NCBI GenBank assembly: GCA_043228905.1
Contig: JBHGNT010000011.1
Coordinates: 2,666,001-2,730,000, forward strand
From: Azolla caroliniana
Taxonomy: Eukaryota; Plantae; Polypodiophyta
Length of the DNA stretch: 64,000 nucleotides
Direction of reading: 5' to 3'
In this document: positions 21,710 through 35,800 of the stretch, piece by piece
How the letters are laid out: every line of letters begins with the position of its first letter
How positions within the stretch are numbered: the stretch's first letter is position 1
Program-made: the position numbers and the translations under genes
The notes under the pieces: generated by a model
The model's input: only the letters and a program-made list of their open reading frames with translations
Database searches by the model: none
What the model was told of the DNA's origin: nothing

Positions 21710-23433
21710 CCATTTCTCGAAATAATTCTGGTATTTTTGCACAAAGAAAGAGGCACCTTCTATATTCTTGTGTTCATTTTTGTGCCTAAAGGTTTTACAT
21801 TTAAGAAGGATAGAGCCATGTCCTATACATTCTTGTGTATGAGTTTGAGTCCAATGCTTCAAGTATCTCCTAAGGGGTTCTTCACTTGAATGCTTCATGC
21901 TTGCAAGTGTCTATGTATGTATCAATCTCTAATACTTTCAAGATTGGGGTGCTGCTATCAGACAGTTGTGTTTCCAGAACCAGCTCTGTGCAAACACCAT
22001 CGGGAGAAATTTATTTGCATAAAATTATGAGTTTATGTAATCAGGGTTTGTTTACTGAGGTTTTGTGTCTCAACTTATGTGATTAATGACAAGGAGATAC
22101 AATAACAGAAACTTTTCAACGATATGATGTGTATTGGGAGAGTATTGAGATCTTGAATTTGGCTTATTCACTATCTCTATGAGAAGATGTTTTGCACTCT
22201 GATTCCACTGTTGTATATGTATGCCAAATGTAAAGATTCTTGAGTAAACAACATTGTACTATGTTGAGTAAATTGCTGAATCCTTTGTTTCACAAAATGG
22301 TAAGTGCATGTGTGTATGTACCAATATTTGTTTGCCTTGTCTTTATTCAAATGAGGCTCATCGTTGAGATCTGTTTCAATTATGAGAGCTTAATTAGATC
22401 ATGGAAGCTCATTACAAGGTTGTGGAAATTTGAGAACGGTTGTTTTGTACCTTCATTTGAACCTTTGGAAGGACAACAATGCCATTGAACAAGGAGGTTA
22501 TTAACTAAAAGAACTTTGGGACATCATTTTGTGGGGCCAAAATGAAGTATTTTGTTGCTTGTTTCTATAGTTTTTCTCTACTCTTAGTTTGCTTTTGATC
22601 ATAGCATTTATTCCTTATCCGTGTACCATTTGATTCTTGATTCTTCACATCATAGCTTGAGTTATTGAATATTTTCTCTAGTCTTGGTTGCCACAATCTT
22701 TTTAGAAGTAGTGATTGTTGCATGAGTGTTTTTCAAATGATTGTTGGGTGTGATGTCATCACAATATGTACATGGAGTGCTTTCAACTCATGCATGGAGT
22801 GTGAACCATAAATGAGCATAATTTAGTTAAGTAATCTAGTCATAATTAAGCATTGACTTTGATATTGAGTTTGTGGATGGATACTAGTGTCAATTCAGTA
22901 GTAGGGTTGTTCCTACAAAATGTTTATTTTTGACATGTGTTATCAAAACTAGTTCTCATTAATACCGCTTCATCCCAAGGGATAACAAAAGCAAGAAGAC
23001 AAAAATCTACTACAAAAGCTGAGGCAGACTGATCTCCTTGACACAAACTTCGGATCTTGTTTATTTCGGTTCTTACACCTGTATCACTAAAACTGTTTTG
23101 GAATTCGTTGATAAATGTATCAAAGCTAAGCTAATTACAATAAAATTGAAAATATTTTTTCAAAATATGGCAAGTTGTCTTCTTGTTATTTAAAGACATT
23201 AGATGTTGCAACATAATTGCTTTCATGCTTCATGATAGACATGGAGTAAATGCATACATTAGAAAGATGGGAAGGCACATTTATGTGGCAAATGTGGATG
23301 TTATAGTTGATGTGAGGATTATTTCTTCATGTGAGTATTCAATGTTTTTTATGGCATTAGGGAATGTCCCTCTCTCTATGTAGGGAAGAGGGGCAACAAT
23401 ATTGTATAGTTTTTACAACCAATTAATTTAATT

Positions 23434-23435
<2 letters not shown>

Positions 23436-23480
<45 letters not shown>
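23436..23480 (+). repeat. (AG)n microsatellite
   Basis: About 22 AG units. Confidence 0.95.
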
Positions 23481-23482
<2 letters not shown>

Positions 23483-23574
23483 CCAAATGGATGCAACTCA
23501 ATTGGTAAGGCTATCCAACGATGATTAGAAGGTCATGCATTCAACATGTACATTATGTTGGAGATGGTCGTCAA

Positions 23575-23889
23575 TGTTTTAATGTCTACAACAATGTGTG
23601 TGCACTATGATGTGTCCTAGTAGACAACAAATGTATTGATCAAAACAAGAGAACAGAATAGTCTTAGACAACTGCCAAGAAAGGAGAGAGACAAAGAGGC
23701 ACAAATGCAAACTTTGTATTATTAACAAGAACCAATAATGGCAACAGTTACAAACTAGTTACAGAGCTGGTTATATATGTACTAACCAAGTTAGGGCAAA
23801 TGCCCTTCATGCTATTTACAATATTAGCCTAACCTAGTTTGTCCAATGGGGTAATGTTAAATACGTTCATTATAGGACTATAGTTGACA
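23575..23889 (-). mobile_element. Copia 3' LTR with adjacent PPT
   Basis: Minus strand GGGGGAG (23890-23896) followed by TGTCAACTATAG; near-identical copy at 31217-31516. Confidence 0.85.
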
Positions 23890-23989
23890 CTCCCCCGTAA
23901 TGGTTGTATTGCAAAGAATCTATAAAAGAAACAAGAAAATACAAATACAACAAAGGTGATGATATAGTACAACTTTTGTCGTAGTTGAG

Positions 23990-26560
23990 ACAAAATCATC
24001 TCCACGCCCATCTGTTGCCAAATCGATTGAAAGACTCTTCATCATCTCGTTCACAAATTTTTTTGTCGTGGAGACTTTATCCAGGCCAAGCTTTCGGTTG
24101 ATCACACAATCCCGAATGAAGTGGTACCGAACTTCAATATGCTTTGAAGCATTATGGCGCACCAGATTCTTTGCCAAAGCAACAACTCCCTGACTGTCAT
24201 TGAGTACGACTTGAGCTACATATTCATCTTTGGTCATAGACATAGTCGTACACTCATGGAGTTTCCACCTCCACGAGATGGCTCCGTGTTCGAAATGGAA
24301 TAAATATCTAGATGTCGACTTTCGACTGTCTAGACAGTCGGCAAAGTCAAAGTCAGTATAGATAGGCCAGAGGGTTCGTTCGGTTCGAAGTGGATGCCGA
24401 AGTCTTTTGTGCCAACAATGTATCTAAAGATATGCTTCATGTGTTCCAATGTGGTCGGCCGGGATTATGCATAAATTTGCTTACAACTCTAGCCGCATGT
24501 GTTCCAATGTGGACCTCCATCACTGGTCATGGCTCCGTTGTATTCACTCTGATTTGACATGTCCTCATCATTGCAGTGCTCTGGCACCTACGTCTTCTTC
24601 CCTTCCTCGCGGAGTGAGCCTCTTCTTAGGCTTGTTCCCCGGTGACATCACGGTTGATTCATCTTCGCTTGGAAACTGCCCATCTTGGCTCAACTCTTCA
24701 GTCGGCCTGCTTAGTTGAAACGAAATCAAACACTCTTCTTGTGTGTTGATTTCCTCCTCAAATGAGCCAGCTAAAGTTGCCTCATCTTCTGACTTCGGCT
24801 CGGAGTGCATGGGGTTCAGACTATCTGGAGGTAGATATCACGAAGCCGATTCGTCGAAAACAACATCTCGACTTATTGGCACCTCTTTGGTTCGGGGGTT
24901 ATATCATTTATAACCCTTCTGTTCATCCAAGCATCCAACGAGTGTGCACTTTTTGGCTTTTGGGTCCAATTTCCTCTGCTTCTCTTCTGACTCTTGCTCA
25001 AAGTGCACGGGGGTCAGACTATCTAGAGGTAGATACTACAAAGCCGATTCGTTGAAAACTACATCTCAGCTTACTTGCACCTCTTCGGTTTGGGGGTTAT
25101 AGCATCTATAACCCTTCTGTTCATCCGAGCATCCAATGAGTATGCACTTCTTAGCTTTTGGGTCCAACTTCCTCCACTTCTCTTTCGGCACATGCACATA
25201 TGCGATGCTACTGAACACTTGTAAATGCGCCAAATTCGGCTTATGCCCAAAGTAAAGCTCATGCGGCGACACTTGTGATCCACTCATCGATGTTCGATTT
25301 TGAAGATAGACAATCATTCTATAGGCTTTAGCCCAATAAAACTTAGGCATTGGTCAATAGGGCCACAACCTTTTGCAATTTGGATTGCCACGACACTGCT
25401 CCCCCTGCATAAGACATCACATACCCTAATGTGGATCAACTGGAATCTACATCCCCTGGCATGTCGGAATCTATAAAACCTTCGAGCACAGGTTTTCCGG
25501 AGCCATACCTAAGGCATACCCTTGAGGTGCCTTTCAAATACATGAGTTCCATTTTACAGGTGTCCAATGTCCTTTCCCTGGATACTCATGTATCGACTTA
25601 CCGTTCTGACCGCAAATGCAATGTCCAGCCTCGTACAAACCATAGCATACATTAGACTACCAACGGCCGAGGCATATGGCACTGTCCTCATCTCAGCCTT
25701 ATCCTTCTCACTTCTCAAACATTGTCTAGCAAACCCAATTGGTTTTGCCTCAAACATGTTAAATCTTTCCAAAACTTTGGTCACATATTTTTCTTGTGAC
25801 AGCCATAGCATATTCTTAGTCCTATCCTGGACTATATGCATTCCCAAGATTTGCTTAGCCGGACCAAGATCCTTCATGGCAAACGATTTACTTGGAGCTT
25901 TCTTTAAGCTCGCAATCCTTTTGATATCTTGTCCGACTACTAATATGTCATCCACATAGAGTAAAAGAATCAAGAAGTCACCTTCACAACACCTTTTGAC
26001 AAAAACACAGTGATCAACTTGTGTTTTATGAAATCCATGTTCCAACATGAAGGCCTCAAACTTCTTATACCATTGATGTGGAGCTTGCTTTAGACCATAC
26101 AAGGTCTTCCTTAGTCAACATATTAGATTCTCTTTTCCTTTCTCCACAAAACCTCCAAGCTGCTCCATATAGATTTCTTCATCTAGCTCCGCATGCAAGA
26201 ATGTTATTTTTACATCCAATTGCTTTATTTCCATATTTATACTGGTTGCTATACTCAGTACAGTTCGAATAGAATATCTCATCAAAGTCGACCCCCTTCT
26301 TCTATTGAAATCCCTTTACTACAATTCAAGCCTTATATCTTGGTGAGTTGTCATCTTCCCAGTCTTCAATTTGAAGACCCACTTGTTTCTTAGGGCTCTC
26401 TTACCTTTCAGTAGTTCTACCAGGTCGTAAGTATTATTTTTATGCAAGGAGTCCATTTCATCATGCATTTCACTCTACCACTTCTCCTTGTCCTCATCTG
26501 CCATGGCTTCTTCACAACATTCCGGTTCATCCTCATCAGTCACTTAAAGCATATTGGCTA
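23990..26560 (-). mobile_element. Scrambled copia pol remnants (RNase H, duplicated integrase C-terminus, RT)
   Basis: DSQGVVALAKN..HIEVRYHFIRD (23990-24240); FWA/YVHVPKEK..KLDPKA..GY (25066-25350, partly duplicated at 24760-25000); YGLKQAP, LYVDDI, VGSLMYAMVCTR (25400-26100); KWVFKLK (~26370). Confidence 0.88.
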
Positions 26561-26599
26561 GAGTAGCGAGATGATGCTTTCCTTTGCCTGAGTGGATAT

Positions 26600-27440
26600 T
26601 GTTAGGAATATGTCCCTCCTATGGGAGAAGTCGATAGTCGGTGTTTATGAGAGAAGTCGGCAGTCGAACAGAGACAAGTTGAACACTAGATGGTCGGTCG
26701 GGTCGACCAATGAGTCGACAATGTTGTCGAATGCTCTGAAGGAGATAGAGAGAGTCGACTATAATAGTCGACTACATCATGGATGCTCCAGGTCAAGGAG
26801 AAGGCCGACTAGTCGAATTGACTGGATAGCCGACATGGGAATCAGTTAGTCGGGCCAACTAGAAAGCCGACATGGGTTTAGGGTTTAGGGTTTAGGGTTT
26901 ACCAATTGAGATTAATAAGAAGAAGAACAACAACAAAAATAATAATAATTGACCAATTGAGATTAATAAGAAGAAGAAGAAGAATAAAAATAATGAAAGC
27001 TATGTTTGTAAATAGCCCATATTGTGTATGAGTATAAATACACCTAAGACAAACATAGTGTTTAGTAGTGCAGAACATAACGAAGAGCTTCATAACAGAG
27101 GGTAATAGTGAAGAGAGAAGAAGAGAGAGAGAGAGAGAGCTCGCACGCAGGCATAGACATAGGCAAAGGAACTTGCCGCCAGAACCCGAAGAGGGAATAC
27201 TCTGTTGTGTAGAGTCTTGTAATCTTTTTCTTCTTGTATATCCACTCTATAGTGAAGATCAATTGCCCCGTGGTTTTCCCCAGTTTAGGGTTTCCACATT
27301 AAACATTGTGTACTATGTATGTTGCGTTTTTTTTTGTCTCTGTTGTTCTCTACACATTTCTTGTTTTCCGCATTTGTGCAAGATATTAGGCTACTATTTT
27401 CATAGATTTACGGTCTGAATCTTGAAAAATATCTCCTACC
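26600..27440 (+). mobile_element. Copia LTR (same family as 3140) nested in opposite orientation
   Basis: TGTTAGGAATATGTCCCTCC start; shares GCTATGTTTGTAAATAG and CGTGGTTTTCCCC..GGGTTTCCAC motifs; 3' end eroded. Confidence 0.75.
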
Positions 27441-27699
27441 TCCCATGGTCGGCTCAGGTTTAGATGTGTTTGTCGACATTTCATTCGGCTCGGGTTCACA
27501 CATGTCGATCGGTTGCTAAAGGTTGACTGATGTTGACTCATAAACTTTATTCGATTTGTATGGGTCAGTCAACTCTTACTCATATATATCAGTCGGTTGC
27601 TCCGAGACGATGAATTCGGATTGTGTTGTATCAATTGGTTTTCTCCTATCAGCCGATTGTCAATCTAGAGTGGTGGGAGTCGACTAGGAAGACAACCTT

Positions 27700-29200
27700 G
27701 ACTTCTGTTGTTTCTACACTTCAATCGTCTTGTCAAGTAAATCCCACATTCTATAGCCGAACTCATATTCAGAGTACCCCAAAAATATGCATGTCTTCGA
27801 CTTGCTATCCAACGTCGACCTCTAGTCCTTTGCAACATGCATATATCCCAAGCATCTAAACACCTTCAAGTGTTGATAGGACACACTTTTACTTATCCAC
27901 ACACGTTGTGGGACATCACCTTTCAGGGGCACCGAGGGAGACCTTTTTATAAGATAGATTGCTGCCAACATAGCTCCAGCCCAATACGACCTTGGAAGCT
28001 TTGCATGTGACAACATGCTCTCCACCATTGTCTGTTCGGACAACCTTCAACTTCTTTCCAGACTCTCTTTTTGCTCTAGCCTGAAACTCCGTAAAGACCG
28101 ACAACACTTGGTCTTTAGACTTTAGCACGAAATCCCACAACTTTCTTCTTTAGTTGTCAATAAATGTCACAAAGTATTGAGTTGTGTTGTTGCCGGTCTC
28201 GACATATCCCAACTACTCCAGGTTCTCTAGACTTGAGAACCATTCCTCGTGGTTCATCATATGGTTGGAAGCTCCGGAGTCGACATACCACGCCTCCTTG
28301 GGTTTCGAAATACTCGCCTCCATCGAGTTGGCTTTGTGCTTCATCACGAACGCAGGGTCCTTTTCGACATGTATTGCAATCTCTGTTGATTTCCCTTTTC
28401 ATCTCTACCTGATTCGGCTTTGTCCGAATAAACATTCTTCTTCCAGCACTCGCTTTCCTTGTGGCCCTTTTTACCACAATATGAACAGTCCGTCGACTTG
28501 GTTTGTCGGCTTCCGGCACCACCTTGACTCCCTCTACCTGTGGAGGGTCCCTGACTGCTTTCTTCTCTTCTATTTTGCCTCTTCTCGTTTCAGCCACCAT
28601 TCACGAGTGTCGAGCCACCTCTCCACCCACGCCCACGAGGTTGATCCGCCTCCGTGTACAACATCTGGCCGTTAGAGTGCGTGCTATTTGACACACCTGC
28701 ATGGTTTTCTTCAACCAGAAGCATCGATTGCAAGTCGAAGGAGGCCGACGGCTTCTCCCTTGTGTAGATTGTTGTTCTAATCGGCCTATACCTTTACGCT
28801 AGACCACCATCTCATGCTCTTCCACTATCACAGATCTCCTTGATCTTCGTGGTGTAGTCAAACACCGTCATATCCCTTTCTCAGATATTGTTGAGCTCCT
28901 CATGAAGCTACAACTTGTGGGCCCTAGTACTCGCGGAGAAAATAGGGTTGTGGGTTGTGGGCCCTAGTACTCATCTTAAGATTTTCCCAGGCCTCATTCG
29001 ACGTCTTTGCATTTCGAATGTAGCTAGCATCTGGTCGTGCACAAAGGTTGAGTTCTACCAAGTTAATGCCGACAATTGCACAATGCTAGGAGTTGCCGAC
29101 ACAAACCTAGTCAAAGTTCCAAGACGTATACTACCGAAAGTGTGACCGAAGTGGGGTCACGTGGTAGGTAGGAAGCACCCGAATCAAGAAACCGAACTCG
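27700..29200 (-). mobile_element. Copia gag-protease-integrase remnants
   Basis: EELNNI*ERDMTVFDYTTKIKEICDS (gag), CSYCGKKGHKESEC (zinc knuckle), WYVDSGASNHM (protease), VRTDNGGE (integrase). Confidence 0.85.
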
Positions 29201-29259
29201 TAGCTCCTTCGATCGTTACAGAACTTCTGATTCAGCCATGTTTTCAACAACAAGGATGT

Positions 29260-30930
29260 TTGTGACCGGTATAGGTTTGTGTGTACGGGAGGGTGTAATG
29301 TGTAAGGTGTGTGTGTACGGGAGGGTTAAGGTGTAATGTGTAAACATGAAATATGTAATGTGTGAGGAAGAGAGAGAGAGAGAAAGTGTGTGTGTGTCTG
29401 TTTGTGTAAACATGCACATTTGGCTTTTTGTGTGCATGTTTACACACACAAAAAATATGTGTGAGGAAGAGAGAGAGAGAGAGAGAGAGAGGCTTTTTGT
29501 GTGCATGTGTAAAAAAGAGTGGTGGAGGAGGAGGAAAACTGATAGAAACGGTATTAAATTCATCAGTATCTGTGCGTAAAGATCATGGTTTGGCTATGAT
29601 GATGGAGCTGCATAGGCTTCTCTTGATGATAAGGAGGAGCCTTTTGGTGCTCCAAGCTTCCATCCTGTGAGAAGGAGCCGAGGCTCTGATGGCGATGATG
29701 ATGACTCCCATGGTTTTCTGAGAGAGATTCATGAGATGGAGAAGACTCACTAGAAGAGATTATGGCGATTCATGGAAGACGAAAATCAGTAGAATCAATA
29801 GAAGAGACTGCCACGAATTAGCTCCTTGCGATGCTTCTGATCTCTCTGCACAGATTAGATTTTAGAAGGTGGAAAATGACGGATTCTTAGAGCAACGATG
29901 GTTATGGACAGTTTAAACTCAGAGAATAGCCTGTGGCGATGGTGAGAAGGCCGAGAGAGCCAAAGCGATGGACAGCCAGACACGACAGAACAGGAAAACA
30001 AAAACAAGGAACGATAGAAAAAGAAAGCGAGAAGAAGAAAAAGAACAAGAAACCGAAGAAGGAAAGAAAGAAAGAGAGAGAGGGGTAAAGAAAGAGAAAG
30101 AGGGGTAAAGAAAGAGAAAGAGGGGTATGTGCTTAAATTTCATAAGGGTAGTCAATAAAATTTCAAAAATTGAGGGGTACGAAATAGAATTTTGGAAATG
30201 CAAAGGGTACAAAAACTCATCACCACTCACACCAAAGAAGAAGAAGGAAATACCCATACATCCAAAATCATTTTTAAACTTAAAAGACTTTACCAAAATG
30301 GACGAGTCGATTGGTGTGTGATCCAATCGTGAGATGTGTTGATCGGACGAGAAGGTTCGTGTCAAGCACACTCCGATCGAAGTTATCGATTGTAGAGCAG
30401 TGATCTAGTTGAGGGATTTCCGACCAACGAGAGAAGAGAAGACCGATGGAGTTCTGGTCGACAAGTTTTTGGCATGAGCATGTGGTTTCGACATGCAATG
30501 CACTGTCCCACAGGCGTGACAGGTGTTACCCATATAGGTGTACGGGATGGTTAATGTGTAATGTGTAAACATGAAATATGTAATGTGTGAGGATGTGTGT
30601 GTGTGTGTGTTGTGTGTATGTGTAAAAGAGTGGCCATTTGGCTTTTTGTACTGTCTTGATTTTGTACTATATAACCCCACCCGTGGGGCATGAAAAGAGG
30701 AGAGAAATATCTAAGTAAAGTTAGCCCTCAACTTGTGTCTGTCTCGATTTTCCCTCTCATTCTCTATGTCTCTCTCCCCGCACGTTCTTGGCTCTAGCCC
30801 CCACCCATCAACATTGTTCAGGTCCTCCGAAGTGATTTCGATCGTCAACTTTCTGGACTTCGAGAGGATTAAAGTTGCATTGCAGAATTTTACTTCCTCC
30901 GTTCAACTACCTTTTAGCGCACATTTCTGA
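29260..30930 (+). repeat. LTR-like repeat fragments (TG-rich family, also at ~59610-59990)
   Basis: TGTAATGTGTAAACATGAAATATGTAATGTGTGAGGA at ~29332 and ~30557; TACTAT(A/T)TAACCCC..GGGGCATGAAA at ~30666 and ~59919. Confidence 0.55.
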
Positions 30931-31210
30931 ACCTTTTCATTTGTATCCTTGAGAGCACGACATTCAACCTTAATATGTCCTTGCTTCTTACAATAATTAC
31001 ATGTTTGTGTATCTCTGGACTTGTGTTGACTATGTCTGTTCATCAATACTCAGGAAGAACATCTTCCTCGATTGTTCAGTCGATCAGCTGAACTCTGTAC
31101 CACGAAAGCATCAATTGTCAAATCATGTATGAAGGTTTTTCTCCAAGCATCTTCGGACTAAATAGAGCTCGTAATCTCAGAGAACTTCACAATTGTAGCC
31201 GACGCGTTGC
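30930..31210 (-). mobile_element. Copia gag fragment
   Basis: Minus strand CNYCKKQGHIKVEC zinc knuckle at ~30960-31000. Confidence 0.7.
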
Positions 31211-31216
31211 ATACAA

Positions 31217-31516
31217 TGTGTTAATGTCTACAATAATGTGTGTGCACTATGATGTGTACTAATTGACAACAAATGTATTGGTCAAAGCAAGAGAATAAAA
31301 TTGTCTTAGACAACCGCAAAGAAAGGAGAGAGACATGGAGGAACAAATACAAACTTTGTATTATCAACAAGAACCAATAATGGCAATAGTTACAGAGTTG
31401 GTTATATACTAACCAAGTTAGGGCAAATGCCCTTTATGCTATTTACAAGAATAGCCTAACCTAGTTTGTCCAATGGGGTAATGTTGAATACGTCCATTAT
31501 ATGACTATATTCGACA
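31217..31516 (-). mobile_element. Copia LTR, partner of 23575-23889
   Basis: Near-identical over ~300 bp; TG...CA termini; no clear PBS. Confidence 0.85.
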
Positions 31517-32877
31517 CAATACACAATAGCACCTAGTAAATTAAGAAAAATATGAAGGATATAATTATCCAAGTTTTTTACATTAACGTTTATGTGGGTA
31601 TTTAGATAAGAATGGGGAAGCATGTTGTAACCCAATGGTTAATCTAATATTGGTAATTGGTGGAATTATAGGGCCTTGTGGTTAACTCAATCAAGTAACC
31701 AATCTTGTCTCAATCTGTAAATTGGGAATCTAACAATAATGATCTAGTGCAAGGGTAGGTGGATTTTCATAATTTTGAAGATATAAAGGGTAAGTTGGGA
31801 GTTGTTTGAAAAATTAGGGTCGTGTTGGTAAATTCCATTTCTTTTATCATGCTCTTATGGGCAAAACATCTTACATAAAGTTGCAGTTTAGATATAATTG
31901 TATGGCAATCACAAATAATCATGCTCCACAACATTGTTGTTCCAACTCCAATCCAATCTGGGCCGTCTCGCCACCATTGAATTAATATCCAACAAAAGCA
32001 ATAAATGGGTTTGATGTCCTAAGGTCTAACGATAGTCCATCAAGAAACACAAAACATATCCATCACTCTTATGAACTTCCACAATGATGTTCTAGAACAA
32101 CAAGAAACTGCATTATGTTTGCAATCGACACCATTTGAGCTAATTTCAACCTTAATTAACCGAGGGACATTTTTTAAGGAGTTCTATAAAATAGACCTAC
32201 TTGGGTTGGCTGTGCGGGGGGCAACAATGAACCTTGACACTAACAGGTTTTGCTGCTTACGGGTGAGCTCATATCAGAGCCATGGTCGAGATGTGAATCT
32301 GATGCGCATCCCGATTCTCGACATTACATTAGATATTGAGTTCTTCAGGAGGCGATGATATCAGGCCGCCGTATAGTTCAACGGAGCAGATTAGGTTGTG
32401 ATGTGCTCAAGGCAACGTAGCGATCGCCACATCAGAGAGTCGAGAATCTAGAGAGATTGCTACCATAACATAAACATGTTTGAGACATGATACATACACT
32501 TATGCATACATTCATTCATACATACATACATTCATACATAACATACAAACTCAAGATGCCAATACACATAACACACACACACACACAAACCCGCCTATAC
32601 ACGAACCCTTGACCACGACCCTTGACTATGACTCTTGACCCTTGACTCTTGACCTTTGACCCTTGACCTTTGATTGTGACTCTCCGAAGTGGCATATGAC
32701 CTTTGGGAGAGAGAGGGACCCCAAGGACCCTCTTTCTTTCTTCATTTTTAATACATTTCCAAAGGTTTTCTTTAGTGGGCGATTTTCTCTCTGTTTCTCT
32801 GTCTCTGTCTCTGTGGGCGATTCTCTCTCTGTTTCTCTGCCCTCGTCTTCCTCATCATCTCCATCTTCTGTGCTTCC

Positions 32878-35800
32878 ATGGCCACCATCTGCTCCGTGAA
32901 AGCTCGCCAGATCTTCGACAGCCGTGGGAATCCTACTGTCGAGGTAAGAACGTGGTGGTAGATGCTACATTTAACTGTTCTTCCACTGGCCCAAATCGCT
33001 CACTCTTCTTCCGTTGCTTGCCATTCGCACGGTTGATCGTGTTTAGCAATTTTCTGCTTTTTGCTCTGAGGAAGAAAGATGAATGAACATAGTTGATCGT
33101 TTTAGCATTTTGTTCTGAGGAAGAAAGATGAAAGAAAAAAGAAGTATTGGTAGTAGATGAAGAAGAAGTAACAAAGAGAGAATTTTCCCCTTCCATATTC
33201 CTCATTTCATTCTCCATCTTCTTTTGTTTGCCACCGTACAGTACATGATGCTTAGTGCTTCCAGAAGAATTTCGTTTTCTTTTTTGTACATAATGCTTAC
33301 TGCTTTCAGAACCAAGCCTTCTTTTTCTGTTTCTGACAACTGCATTATTTTTAAAGGTGGATATCATCCTCTCTGATGGATCACTTCACAGAGCCGCCGT
33401 TCCCAGTGGTGCCTCTACTGGTAAGAAAACGTTAGTTTCTCGGTAAATCAAGCTTTTCTATCTTGCAATATGCCATAAGTTTTTCGTTCTTCTGAGAATT
33501 TATCATCCTACAACATTATGTTGTCTTGAAAATTTTCATCCTACAATCTCGTGTTTGTCTTCTTGTCTCTTGAACAGGTTCCTCATTAATGTGTTTTCTT
33601 CAAAATTTTCACCATGCAATATGTTGTACTTCCTCTTGGGAATTTCATCCTATGTTATGGTTTTCTGATTTCTTAGAGGTTTTGATCATGCAAAGGGATT
33701 GTTATTATACTTTTGAATATTTTAATCCTACAAATGTTGTTTTCTGCTTTCTTGGGGATTTTTATCCTGTAATAGGCTATCTCATTTTCTGCTTCTCATT
33801 TCTTAAAAAGCTCCATACTGCAAATCTTGTTTTTTTATGCTTTTTCTAGATTCCATCCTACATAATACGTTAAGTTTTTCTTTTCTTACAATGTTTCATG
33901 TTTCAATGTGTTTCCCGAAATTTTCATCCTCTACCATGTTGAAATCTTCCATGAAATGTTCATCCTCCAATATGTTGTATGTCACTTTCTTGATATTTTC
34001 ATGTAAATATGTTGTACTTCTGCTTCCATGCTCTTGATTTGGATTTGCTGAGAAATGATTGATCGATCATTATGCAGGTGTGTATGAAGCCCTAGAGCTG
34101 AGGGATGGTGGAAAAGATTACCTTGGAAAGGGAGTATCAAAGGTCTATTAACTTTAGATCCATCTTTCTAATTAATCATCAGACTGTATTGCTAATCACT
34201 GAGATGCAATATTGTGAATGGTTAAATTCCTGTGAAATATTAACAATTTTTTAATGATTGAGTGTACTAACTGGTTTTGGTTGCATACTTATGGTTTTTT
34301 CATGTATAGGCTGTGAGCAATGTTGAGAAAATAATCGGACCTGCCCTGGTGGGAAAGGTAGGATGTTCCCTGCTAAGAGGTGTTTTTATCAGCGTAACAT
34401 TCATGGCTATTAATCATCATCCTGCACATTGACATGGTTATTAAGATTAGTATCACTTAGAGAGAGGTAGAGAGTGACAGATAACATTGATGGTTATTAC
34501 TTAGCATCTGTACACATTGACTTGGTTAAAATGAGCAGAATCCCACTGATCAAACTGGAATTGACAACTATATGGTTCAAGAGCTTGATGGAACGCAAAA
34601 TGAATGGGGCTGGTGCAAGCAAAAGGTGCCACGAACACAAATAAATGTTTAATACATAATCTGTATTGCAAATATTTTTTGCAATAGAAGAGAACTTTAA
34701 TAGTTATTTTGGTCTATGCTCAGCTTGGAGCAAATGCAATCCTTGCAGTTTCATTGGCAGTTTGCAAAGCAGGAGCTGCAGTCAATAAAATCCCTTTATA
34801 CAAGGTAAGCATGTATTTTTCATGTATAAATATACATATTTCTATTCTGATTGTATATAGACAGGCATATCTATTCTTTATGTATAATTATCAATCAGAA
34901 TGGGAACCAAAATAACTAACCCATCTTCATCTAACTGCAGCATATTGCAAATTTGGCTGGGAATAAAACTCTTGTCCTTCCTGTCCCTGCATTTAATGTT
35001 ATAAACGGAGGATCACATGCTGGAAATAAGTTAGCAATGCAGGTACTTATGAATTGTGTGTAATAAAATATATTCAGCCTTCCACCTAATGAGTTCCTTT
35101 TTTCCGTTGCAATGTGATAATAGGACTTGAAATTTGTTGAGGGTTTTTCTGTTACTGCAGGAGTTTATGATTCTCCCTGTAGGAGCTTCGTCATTTCAGG
35201 AAGCCATGAAAATGGGCTCGGAAGTATATCACAACCTTAAGGTGATAAATTTAAGAATATTACATGTATCCCTTTATAAGAGTACAAGGTGTTTATGTTA
35301 TTGAAAATCATGGCTTTTAGGCTGTCATAAAGAAGAAATATGGGCAGGACGCCACAAATGTTGGTGACGAGGGTGGTTTTGCACCTAATATTCAGGTATA
35401 TTATCTTCCCAAAATTGATCATTACATCCCTTGATCAATGCAGCATAAAGAAAAATTGATGCATTATTTTTCATGCAGGAAAATAAGGAAGGACTTGAGC
35501 TCTTGAAAATAGCTATTGAGAAGGCAGGATACACTGACAAGGTTTGTATTGATAGGAGTTCTTAGAAGTTAGTACCATAAATGAGTAGCTCAAGATATTC
35601 CAGATGATTTTTATATTCCACAGGTGGTGATAGGAATGGATGTTGCTGCATCTGAGTTTTACAATGAGAAGGAAAAGAAATATGACTTGAACTTCAAAGA
35701 GGAGGTACACTGCACTATTGCCATAGCACATGTTGAAAGTATGCTTACATTTATATTTTCCATAGCTGACATAGATTCTTTCTTGAATGCTCAACATTTT

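Noticed and set aside
26877-26900. Chromosome end or interstitial telomere array
   Set aside because: Only about 3 heptamers, inside an LTR.
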